Positions 41,165 through 50,183 of a DNA stretch of 64,000 nt are shown piece by piece. Origin of the DNA: Meyerozyma guilliermondii (Eukaryota); assembly GCA_051546255.1 (NCBI GenBank), contig CP128815.1:1364001-1428000 (forward strand), in the 5' to 3' direction. Every line of letters begins with the position of its first letter. Position 1 is the first letter of the stretch. A model generated the notes under the pieces. It worked only from the letters and a program-made list of their open reading frames with translations. It was not told where the DNA came from and made no database searches. Position numbers and translations under genes: made by a program.

Positions 41165-41656
41165 ATGAGTGGATTATCCAGTCGGGTTAAGAGCATGAAG
41201 TTCATGCAGCAAGTTCGTCCTGCTGGCCTGGAGGACATTGAGGAGTCTCCTCAAAAAAAAGTTTCGCTTCTGTCGGAATGGACTCTACCCCACGCTGCGG
41301 AAGTCTTAAAACGTAGCAGGCAAAAACCACAGGTCGACACAATTGGGTACGGTTCTATCAGTGCCTTTGATACTTCCGATGAGACAGCAGTCCCACAGGG
41401 TAGAAAGGTTTGGGGGAAGCCAGAGGAAAGCATACGTCAAATCGACATTGGACGAATAAAAGATTCGATCATAGATGAAAAAGCCGGAAAAGCTGGGAAA
41501 GCTGGACAAGATGCCGAAGAGAACGCTGAAGACGATGATTCTGGCGATGATTCTGGGGATAATTCCAAGAATGGAGCTCACAGCAAATCAAAGAAGCAGA
41601 AAGGTAAACGAAAAGCTTCCTCTGGTCGCAAGTCAAATAAGAAACAAAAGAAGTAA
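41165..41656 (+). CDS. MPP6: Mpp6-like nuclear exosome cofactor
   Basis: N-terminal LSSRVKSMKFM, a W-x-L motif, IGYGSI, GRKVWG and a basic tail. Confidence 0.7.
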   Translation: MSGLSSRVKSMKFMQQVRPAGLEDIEESPQKKVSLLSEWTLPHAAEVLKRSRQKPQVDTIGYGSISAFDTSDETAVPQGRKVWGKPEESIRQIDIGRIKDSIIDEKAGKAGKAGQDAEENAEDDDSGDDSGDNSKNGAHSKSKKQKGKRKASSGRKSNKKQKK

Positions 41657-41659
41657 CGA

Positions 41660-42514
41660 TCATTTCTTCTTCTTTTTGTTGTCGAAATTACCCTTCGTCA
41701 CAACATCCCGGGCAGCCGAATTGATATGTTTGAATCTATCTGGACCCAAATGGGTGCCTCCAAACCATCTGCTCACAACAACTATCATATTCCATGCATC
41801 CATCATTGTCAAGAGATGAAGCAAACGTCCTCCAGCTGCGGTTTCTCCATCGTCGTCGCAGTCTTGGAACTGTATACCATCATCTCTCTTTATCCTCCAG
41901 CTGGTGATGTTGTGAGTTGCTCGAGCGATTTTTCGATCAGTAAGAAGTATATCGAGGTACTTCTTGGCTTCCTCAACCGAATTTACTTGACGAGCGAACG
42001 CTATGAATGTAGATCCACGATCTAAGATGGTCTCTGAAACTAACCAACCTGCTCGTGGATCGTGCTGAGGAATGCTTGTTGTGCTCTTGGTTGACTTTTC
42101 TTCCTTCGTCGTTGAAGCTTTAGACTCATTTTCTTCTTTGGACTCGTTCTTGGCTTCCGGAGAGCTGGGTTCTGGGGTTGGAGAAACGGCAGGCTTATAC
42201 GTTGAGAGTATCACCTCCAATTCATTTATAACATCAAATAGACATACCATTCCGGAAACAAATACAGTAGAAATCACTTTGGTTATGCTCTCCTCCAAGT
42301 AACGAACATCCGTATATCTGCGGTTGTCGTGGCTAACCACTCCTACTAGCGATGGTATTCTATCGGGATACTCATCAGGGAAGGCCAATTGAATTTCCAA
42401 CTTGGGATGGTCAGGAATTGTCAATGCATATATCTGTGGAGCCTTGAGTGTTATAGAGTCGGGATATATCGCCTGTATGGCGTCGACCTCGTCATATAAT
42501 TCTTGTAGTGTCAT
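41660..42514 (-). CDS. YIH1: Yih1 / IMPACT (RWD plus UPF0029 domains)
   Basis: DEVDAIQAIYP, DRGSTFIAFA, QDCDDDGETAAGGRLL and VSRWFGGTHLGPDRFKHIN. Confidence 0.94.
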   Translation of the reverse strand: MTLQELYDEVDAIQAIYPDSITLKAPQIYALTIPDHPKLEIQLAFPDEYPDRIPSLVGVVSHDNRRYTDVRYLEESITKVISTVFVSGMVCLFDVINELEVILSTYKPAVSPTPEPSSPEAKNESKEENESKASTTKEEKSTKSTTSIPQHDPRAGWLVSETILDRGSTFIAFARQVNSVEEAKKYLDILLTDRKIARATHNITSWRIKRDDGIQFQDCDDDGETAAGGRLLHLLTMMDAWNMIVVVSRWFGGTHLGPDRFKHINSAARDVVTKGNFDNKKKKK

Positions 42515-42582
42515 AGTGAAAAATAGTGTCTCACTTTTTGTACTACGATGAATTTCGCAGCTCACTAGATTTTGATCCATTT

Positions 42583-43518
42583 ATGCTGTCTGACGAACTC
42601 AAGCAACTTGGCAATACAGCATTCGCTAATAAGGAGTTCAAAAAGGCAGCCAAGATCTATCGAGATGCCATCAAATTAGACCCCACGAACCCGATTCTAT
42701 ATTCAAATCGTGCCATCTGTTTCATCAAACTTCAAGACTGGGAAAGAGCCCTTCGAGATTGTTCGTACGGCTTGACATTGGAACCTGAACTTAAAACCAA
42801 AGTGAAACTTCTTTACAGAAAAGGACTTGTGTTGAGAAATACCTCACAAATGAGCCAAGCAAAGCGCTGTTTTGAGCAAGTCCTTGAGATTGATGCCCAT
42901 AATGAAAGTGCACTCAACGAATTGAAAACCATGGATACAAAAAAGCACAAATCCAACATTACAGATGTACCAATTTCCTCCGTCGATGAGCTTCCTATGC
43001 CATTCAAGCAACTAATTACTTGCGATGTTGGAAGTGTCGAGACTGAAGAAAAACTAAGCGAAGCATCCGATGCTAAAATAAATCATAGCGAAGAATTGAA
43101 GCGGGCTGCCGAAGAACTCTTCCCAGAATCAGATAAACCAAAAGAATCAGGAGCAAATCCAAAGAAGTTTGCTGACCTTCCTTCCATGTTGCCATTAAAT
43201 GCCTTGAAAAACTTCAGTGGTGAACGACTCGCCAAAGGTTATGTTTATGTGCTAAACATACCCGTATCCAATTACGAGGATATATTTTCAACTGGAATAG
43301 ATCCTGAATTCTTGGACTTCTTTTTAGAAGCGTCAATCTATGCGGCGCAGCATCATCACGAGAACTGGGAGCTAAAGGTATCTGAAAGATTTGTCTGCTT
43401 TTCAAAAATGAAGAAATTCAGCTTGTCATTAATGATGTGCTCTCCGTCCTCAATTCAGCAACTACTAGGCCTTGTCCAAAACAACTCAGAATTGCATCGT
43501 ATACTCAGTAATGCCTAG
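42583..43518 (+). CDS. TPR co-chaperone with an RPAP3-type C-terminal domain (R2TP-related)
   Basis: TPR clamp LKQLGNTAF...LYSNRAICF...KLLYRKG. The C-terminal YEDIFSTGIDPEFL...MKKFSLSLMM resembles the RPAP3 C-terminal domain. Confidence 0.72.
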   Translation: MLSDELKQLGNTAFANKEFKKAAKIYRDAIKLDPTNPILYSNRAICFIKLQDWERALRDCSYGLTLEPELKTKVKLLYRKGLVLRNTSQMSQAKRCFEQVLEIDAHNESALNELKTMDTKKHKSNITDVPISSVDELPMPFKQLITCDVGSVETEEKLSEASDAKINHSEELKRAAEELFPESDKPKESGANPKKFADLPSMLPLNALKNFSGERLAKGYVYVLNIPVSNYEDIFSTGIDPEFLDFFLEASIYAAQHHHENWELKVSERFVCFSKMKKFSLSLMMCSPSSIQQLLGLVQNNSELHRILSNA

Positions 43519-46500
43519 TTGTATAACCCTTCCGTAGCCCTTTCCGACTGTCTATAGCTTGATATGGTTGGAGAAGAGGCTCTAAAAATTCTGGGACCCA
43601 TTCCTCCAAGTCCAACTCTAGGTAGCCCACCACAGAAGGTACTGAGAAAATGGCTGCAAAGAATAAAGCACTCATTCCAAAGAGAACAATCAGCAGTTTG
43701 ATATGAAACTTTCTCCAGTTTCTCTGGGCTTTAGAGAGAAGACGGGGTCTCAACTGATCACTTGGTTTCAACCAGAATAGCATAAAGGTATGCCACACAT
43801 CAATGAATGGGATCATTAAGATTGGCAATTGGGCATAGAGGATACCGTGACCTAAAATTATGTCGGCCACGAAATAGCAGCTTTCCATTGTTTTGATGAT
43901 TAATTCTCTGAATGGCTGCGTGACAATCAATAATCCTAACTTAGCGTTGATCCACTTTCCTGACCACCACGCTTTATTCACACGTCCATGTGGTAATTCT
44001 TTGCTCAACAACGAGGAGATTATCCTGAAGAGCACCTTCTGGACCTGTGACATGCAAATCACTCCAATGAGAGTCGATGGACCATCCCAATTTTGTGCAA
44101 ACCAGAAAGCTTCAAAACAAACCACATATACCAATATGCTAATAATGTGAGCTAATCCTGAAATAATCGTGGTATACAGTGGAATAATTGCAGTGAAGAG
44201 AGGACCAAAAATCAAAGTAACAGGGAGAAGTGCAACCAAAATGGCAAAATTGGCAGCTATGGGAAGAACACTGAAAACTGCCAACCTCAAGAATGCATGA
44301 GATGGTTGTGCTCCTCTGATCTCAAATTGAGCATTCGCAGAGAGATAGGACGTGCCAATCAAGAACAATTGCATCAAGTCGAAAAGAATTTTCGTCATGA
44401 AAAGGTTTTTCTTCGACGGTCTTACTCTAGCCTTGTCTCTTGCCAGTTCTCCTCGCACATTTCTTTTAACGCCAGTTATTCTGCTTCGACTTTCTTTGGT
44501 GAACCAATACCACGAATGCTCAGAATCACCCCCATTACAGTTGAACATCCAGCCAAGGTACTTCTGGTAATCGATGTAGAACTCTATCCACGCAAACTGA
44601 TGTGGGTTGTACAAAGACGGACATATGAGTAAAGCAATTGCAATGAACCAGAAGTAGGTTATAATGGGGGTCCACATTGTGAACGTGCTGTACAAAACCA
44701 ACAAGATTAGGGTCGTTCCAAAGTAAAAGCTTGTCAGCGCATATCTTGCGTATAGACTCGCAAAGGGTGCTCTTGTCGTTGCAAATCCACGGCCTGTCGA
44801 CATGTATCTGGCTCCACCATATGAGATATCACCAACCAAAGAACTAGCGTACGTTTGATTGACAAACACTTCAAATAATGGTGAAAATGACGCTATGTGC
44901 TTGCTGATGCGCTTGACAGCTTTGACAAATCCTCTCTCAGTTAATTCCTGTACTGCGAGAGGAATAAATGCAACAAAGCTCATGAGAATGATTGACCAAA
45001 CCTTACTTTCTATCCACCGTACAACAGGTTGAAGGTTCTTGCATCCACGAGGAACAAGTGGGTCGGTAATAGGTCGATTTGGATCGTAATCGCAAAACTT
45101 TACCTGTCTAGAGTATGCCGCAAGACTGGCTGCAAATGTTGTGAAGAGCAGAATGGAGAGCATAATGAACACATTGTTCAAATGGAACCCAGGATGGGCA
45201 TAGTAAAACGATAGGAATCTATCAAGCGGTAAAGTACCTCCCAAGTAGAAGTACTCTCTGGAAAGCATTTGCTCTGCCATTCCCGTGCCAATTTTTGTGG
45301 TGAAACTGAGAATAGAACTGAAACCCAAGTCTCTACCTTTTCCACATTGCATATACTCGCAATGCTTGATTCTTCCCCCGCGTGCAATTGCGTTGATTCC
45401 AGCATAGATATCCTCATTAAGATGAAGACCGCGCTGTGCTTTTGAAACTCCACCTCTTGTCGTCATGAAAATACTATTGAGAAAGTCGGGGTGTCCGTAA
45501 TGAAGCTTTCCTTCGATTTGGGCAAGAGTTCGAGCGAATAAGGTTCCGAACGTTTGTTCTTTCCCGGCGGCTATATCTCCAAGAATTCCAATATTTTCGG
45601 AGAAGATGTACTCTCTGGTTCCAATGATTGCGACAGGATATACATCATTCTGAAAATCGAAGATGTCATTTGGCGGTGACATCTCCTCAAATTCGGCCAA
45701 TACGCTTCTTATTTTCAAGCATTCCTCAATATAGTTGTCCTGATTCGCATCCACTAACTGGATGTACTCTCCTCTGGTAAAAATAATTGCATGGTTTTGG
45801 TTGTCGGACTTTCCGTCGCCAAGAATAGGATTTCCTGGTAGTCTAATCTTGAACCTTGGCTTGCGCTCACCATTGGCTAAGATTGGGCATGCTCCATCAA
45901 TTAGTGCTGAAAAGTATGTTATCTTGCCATCTTCTGGATCAATACTCTCTTCGAGATAAGCTATTTGCAATTCTGGGTAGATCCTGAGAAGAAGTTCTTT
46001 GTTATCCCTTTCTTCCTTGTTGAACGTTTGCAACTTTTGCATCGATACTACTAATCGAAACTTGCGTAGAGCCATGGCACACGCAGCTTCAATCTTCAGA
46101 TACTCATCAGCATATTGGCTGTCGTCATTTTCCAAGTCGAACAATAACTTAATTGCCCTTGAATAATTCATGAAGCCGCTTATTGTACGGTATAACGTTT
46201 GGGTTCTGAGTGAAGCCCAAATTCGGGTACGAAGAATGTATTCTGGTGAAGCAATTTTGAACCCAACGGAATCGTATGGAAGGTCTCTCTCCATTTTATC
46301 CACTGAATTCTCCGAAGACTCCGAGTCATATTCTTCGGCTAGCATTTTAGTATCACACACAAAGGATTCCCATTCACGTGGGTGTAACAGCTTGAGGTAT
46401 TCTAGCATTGTTACGTGGGAGTACATATCCAGCTCTTTGATGATCTCTTTGAGTGACAATATAGTTTTCTCCTCGAAATGAGGAACAAGGCAACAAAAGG

Positions 46501-48685
46501 ACGGAGTTGATTCAACGTTGTTAGCAGGGCGCATCGGCGTGGACAACGACTGTGCAAAGAACGTAATTCTTCGTTCTGCTTCCGAATGTCCATCGAACAT
46601 AAAAGCTTGAGACGAACCATCTTCCTGTGAGTCAAAAAACTGTGGGGTTCTCATTTCATTTGGAGCATCGGGATACGACTTGTAAATCAAGGCTCGAACC
46701 TGTTCGATCGATATCAAGTGTTCTCGGTACATTGCAATGATAATCGAGTTCCATATTTGTGACACTGCATGTTTGTTCAAATCCTTTCCTAAGTTCGAAG
46801 TTGACAATATGTTGGACTGAATGCGTCTAGGAAGCCGAGAAAAGATGTTCTTCCAAGGCGTCCATATGGACACACCAACTTGAAATGACCGACAGATGGA
46901 GAATACACAATTCCAAATAATATACCACAAATAGGTATCAATGAAGAAGAGTACCAAGTCAACTGAGTAAACTATGGCCAAAAGAAGCTTGGAGTGATGT
47001 TGACATAACACCGTTCCAAGAATACTATCCCCGGCGCATATAGTAGGAGCCATAGTGCTAAGCACCCGCACGGGGTCTTTAGTGGTTAGCGCAATATAGA
47101 AATAAGACTCAATGAATTTCGACCCAAATATTGCAATCCATATTCCGTAGGATGCCAATTGGTTATTTCCTTCTAGATTGTGGTAGTTTCCTGTGATCGT
47201 CTCTCGGCTTTGGTTATTAGAAAGCCAAAAAAGTTTTGACGATGGAACAAATGAAAGATATAAGGATGTGAAGACAGATACTAGAAACTGGGCAATCGAA
47301 ATAGCCAACCCTTTGGTCGTTTGTATGTTCAACGGGTAATAGTACAAAACAAACAAGGTAGGGAATAGGTTGCAACAGAGCATCACAACTAGCATTATCA
47401 TGCGTATCAAAATCTTGTACGTTCCGGGCCATTTCCAGGAAACCATTTGAAGTTCTATGGCAGAAGCCGTAAGGCAAATCAAGGGCGCCAAGCTACCAGC
47501 CAAAGACATAACAGCCAATCTTGCTTGAGTCGTGGGCTGGTTATCGAGACTTTGCTGATAATTGTGTACGTACAAGGTTGGGCTGTTGAAAGTGGTGTAA
47601 TACCAAAACACGGTAAGGTGGATAATCCAAATTCTGGTAAAGTTAGCCCAGGCATGACCCCACGAACGACGTTCCAGAAATATCTTGTAGAATGCCTTTT
47701 TCCAGATGATCTCGTTAAAGCGAAGATACCGCTCCTGTGGGGTCAATTTCATAAGCTTGGTCTTCTTTGGTATGGTGATACGGTCGAGGCCACTTCTGTA
47801 CCAAAACAATTGGTTCATATCATCGTAGCCAATCTTATCTTTGTGATCCCTATCGCTGTTGTAAATGATGGTGCCTTTTCTTACCACTGACTGGTCGAAG
47901 TAAATTTCATAAATAGGTGTTATAACGTGAACAAGGAAGTCCTCTTCGATTATAGCGGTTTCCAGCTCTAAAGAGTAGTAGAAGTCATTACAGCACTTGA
48001 AAATGAAGCAGAGGCATTCGGGCATGAGTCTGACGATGTTCGCTTCGCCCCAGCAAAGAAGGTACAAAGCCACTTGGATCACGCAATCAATTGCAGGTAG
48101 AGTAGCCATAGTCGAGCTCCATGAAGTCAAAGCGGCTTTTTGGGAGATCTTTCGTCCCGTAGCAGATTCAGGGTCGTTATACATTTCCGTGGCGAAGTAC
48201 CATTTACGAAAGTTGGCCTTTGGTCCTCCAATGTAATCAGCATGTAGGGTGCGAAGCGCCTTGTCGCAGTCCATTCTGGACGCCCTAGAGTCTAAAAGCT
48301 TTAAATAGAAGTCTAGCATGTTGCGGCAGTTATCCTTTTGGAACCGAAAAGTTTTCGTCAATTTGAAGAAAACTCCTTCAATTTCTTCAATGGTCACTGG
48401 ACGGTGAGGCTGAGAATTCCACGCCACATTACCATCACTTTTGTGCATCAGCGATAGAACATTACATGTTCCGAGGTCTTCGACTCTTGACGTGTGACCC
48501 GTTTTCCTCGAAGCGTGAAAATGTGAACTTTTGGAGCCACTAAAAGGGGTATCGGCGCCTCCATAATCGTGCTCAAAACGACTCAAAGTAGTGGACATTT
48601 TTGCATCCATTCCAGCAGACTGAAACCCCATCTCGAGGTTACCCAAATCTACCTGGCTGGCGTTATTGGGTTTAGAATCTGACAT
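43505..48685 (-). CDS. 1,3-beta-glucan synthase catalytic subunit, divergent FKS/GSL paralog
   Basis: LLCWGEANIVRLMPEC, SEAERRITFFAQSL, RIWASLRTQTL, ILGDGKSDNQN, DANQDNY and HYGHPD. The N-terminus is short and the hot-spot sequences are unlike FKS1. Confidence 0.95.
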   Translation of the reverse strand: MSDSKPNNASQVDLGNLEMGFQSAGMDAKMSTTLSRFEHDYGGADTPFSGSKSSHFHASRKTGHTSRVEDLGTCNVLSLMHKSDGNVAWNSQPHRPVTIEEIEGVFFKLTKTFRFQKDNCRNMLDFYLKLLDSRASRMDCDKALRTLHADYIGGPKANFRKWYFATEMYNDPESATGRKISQKAALTSWSSTMATLPAIDCVIQVALYLLCWGEANIVRLMPECLCFIFKCCNDFYYSLELETAIIEEDFLVHVITPIYEIYFDQSVVRKGTIIYNSDRDHKDKIGYDDMNQLFWYRSGLDRITIPKKTKLMKLTPQERYLRFNEIIWKKAFYKIFLERRSWGHAWANFTRIWIIHLTVFWYYTTFNSPTLYVHNYQQSLDNQPTTQARLAVMSLAGSLAPLICLTASAIELQMVSWKWPGTYKILIRMIMLVVMLCCNLFPTLFVLYYYPLNIQTTKGLAISIAQFLVSVFTSLYLSFVPSSKLFWLSNNQSRETITGNYHNLEGNNQLASYGIWIAIFGSKFIESYFYIALTTKDPVRVLSTMAPTICAGDSILGTVLCQHHSKLLLAIVYSVDLVLFFIDTYLWYIIWNCVFSICRSFQVGVSIWTPWKNIFSRLPRRIQSNILSTSNLGKDLNKHAVSQIWNSIIIAMYREHLISIEQVRALIYKSYPDAPNEMRTPQFFDSQEDGSSQAFMFDGHSEAERRITFFAQSLSTPMRPANNVESTPSFCCLVPHFEEKTILSLKEIIKELDMYSHVTMLEYLKLLHPREWESFVCDTKMLAEEYDSESSENSVDKMERDLPYDSVGFKIASPEYILRTRIWASLRTQTLYRTISGFMNYSRAIKLLFDLENDDSQYADEYLKIEAACAMALRKFRLVVSMQKLQTFNKEERDNKELLLRIYPELQIAYLEESIDPEDGKITYFSALIDGACPILANGERKPRFKIRLPGNPILGDGKSDNQNHAIIFTRGEYIQLVDANQDNYIEECLKIRSVLAEFEEMSPPNDIFDFQNDVYPVAIIGTREYIFSENIGILGDIAAGKEQTFGTLFARTLAQIEGKLHYGHPDFLNSIFMTTRGGVSKAQRGLHLNEDIYAGINAIARGGRIKHCEYMQCGKGRDLGFSSILSFTTKIGTGMAEQMLSREYFYLGGTLPLDRFLSFYYAHPGFHLNNVFIMLSILLFTTFAASLAAYSRQVKFCDYDPNRPITDPLVPRGCKNLQPVVRWIESKVWSIILMSFVAFIPLAVQELTERGFVKAVKRISKHIASFSPLFEVFVNQTYASSLVGDISYGGARYMSTGRGFATTRAPFASLYARYALTSFYFGTTLILLVLYSTFTMWTPIITYFWFIAIALLICPSLYNPHQFAWIEFYIDYQKYLGWMFNCNGGDSEHSWYWFTKESRSRITGVKRNVRGELARDKARVRPSKKNLFMTKILFDLMQLFLIGTSYLSANAQFEIRGAQPSHAFLRLAVFSVLPIAANFAILVALLPVTLIFGPLFTAIIPLYTTIISGLAHIISILVYVVCFEAFWFAQNWDGPSTLIGVICMSQVQKVLFRIISSLLSKELPHGRVNKAWWSGKWINAKLGLLIVTQPFRELIIKTMESCYFVADIILGHGILYAQLPILMIPFIDVWHTFMLFWLKPSDQLRPRLLSKAQRNWRKFHIKLLIVLFGMSALFFAAIFSVPSVVGYLELDLEEWVPEFLEPLLQPYQAIDSRKGLRKGYTTRHY

Positions 48686-48826
48686 GGATAAAAAAAGCTG
48701 TTTGTATTGTGGTAAAGAAATTAGCCGTAAAAAAATTCACAGATAAATATTTGTGCGCGACATCTTTGCAGCCATTAATGTCGCAACGGTGCAACCGATT
48801 GAAAAATTGCGATTCAAAGTAAAAAC

Positions 48827-49972
48827 CTAATCTTGCATCTGAATCCCCATTGCAATTCTATTTGGAGTTCTTCCTTTGAAAAAAAGACTTCTTCGGGGCA
48901 TTCCGTTGTGTAAGGAGTCAGAAAGTAGCCGGTCCTTGATCTCAGATGTCTCTACACCTTCGCTAAGTAGATTGGCAATGAGACCAGTGATGATAGGAGC
49001 CGCCATGGATGAGCCAGAAAGAGTCTGAGAAACGGTGAAGTCTGAAGCACTCAAGCTTTGCACGTTGGTTCCGCTGGCGAAAATGTCCACACATGGACCC
49101 CAATTGGAAAATTCTGCCATGGTCCCGGAGGTATCATTTATGGCCCCAACGGTTATCGCATCTCGACAACTAGCGGGACTCATATTGCAAGCGTTTATAT
49201 TTGAGTTTCCAGCTGCTGCCACCACAAGAACTTCCATGTCTACTAGTGCTGAAATGGCGTCATTGAGGACAGAATTACGCATCGCTCCGAGAGACAAATT
49301 GACGACAGAAAGCGAATCATTTTTCTGGTCCAGGGCGACGAATTCTAACGACGCAAGAATATTACTGAGACTTCCTGCCCCAAACTTATCGAGAGCTTTC
49401 ACCTCTACAATTGTGGCTCCTTTGGCCACTCCATAAGTCCTGGAACCTATGATACCTGCCACATGAGTTCCATGTCCATTCTGGTCTCCGCTCTCTTCGC
49501 TTACCAAATTTGTTCCTCTTATGGCTCTACCCTCGAGCTCAGGATGCTCAATGTTTACACCCGAGTCAATCACATACGCCTTGACTCCGTCTCCATTGGC
49601 TTCGTCATCGTAGTAGTAGCTGAAATCAGACTCCTCCAATTTAACGTGCGAAAGTTTCGCCAAGTGCCGAGGTGCTCCTTTTTGTCCCATGATTTCAAAC
49701 GCCTGAACTTGCAAATCTGGGGTTATTTCCGCCACAACCGGACACTTCTTGAGCCGTTGCAAGACTAAAAGCGGAAATTGACCAGAAAAAGCTAAAAAAT
49801 TTCCAATCTTGAACAGCCGCTCAATGAATGGAAGTGCTCGCTGGTCTTCTGGATACTGTAGATCAGTCTCCCTAAAGTGTTCCATAGTCTTGGAATTCTT
49901 CAACGATACAAGATACCCTTGTGAAACCACATAGTTAAAGAGAGTTAATAAGTAGAAACTGGAGATTAACAT
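48827..49972 (-). CDS. Secreted subtilisin-family (S8) protease, Rrt12/Osw3-like
   Basis: Signal peptide, pro-domain, and catalytic motifs YVIDSG, GHGTHVAG, AAGN and SGSSMAAP. First ATG at 49972. Confidence 0.88.
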   Translation of the reverse strand: MLISSFYLLTLFNYVVSQGYLVSLKNSKTMEHFRETDLQYPEDQRALPFIERLFKIGNFLAFSGQFPLLVLQRLKKCPVVAEITPDLQVQAFEIMGQKGAPRHLAKLSHVKLEESDFSYYYDDEANGDGVKAYVIDSGVNIEHPELEGRAIRGTNLVSEESGDQNGHGTHVAGIIGSRTYGVAKGATIVEVKALDKFGAGSLSNILASLEFVALDQKNDSLSVVNLSLGAMRNSVLNDAISALVDMEVLVVAAAGNSNINACNMSPASCRDAITVGAINDTSGTMAEFSNWGPCVDIFASGTNVQSLSASDFTVSQTLSGSSMAAPIITGLIANLLSEGVETSEIKDRLLSDSLHNGMPRRSLFFKGRTPNRIAMGIQMQD

Positions 49973-50183
49973 TTGGTTTACAATGTCAAAGTACACAATG
50001 TTGCACAATGCGTACAAAGAGACAAAATTTGCACCCAAATTGTGTTTGTGATTTTCACATAATGGCTGTGATTTTTATTGTACCACAGATGTGATTCTAT
50101 CAATACATTCTCAAGAGTACACTTCACTTGTTCTCTCATCTACATGGTTCTGTTCAATTATGTATTGAGCACTCAATACTCGT

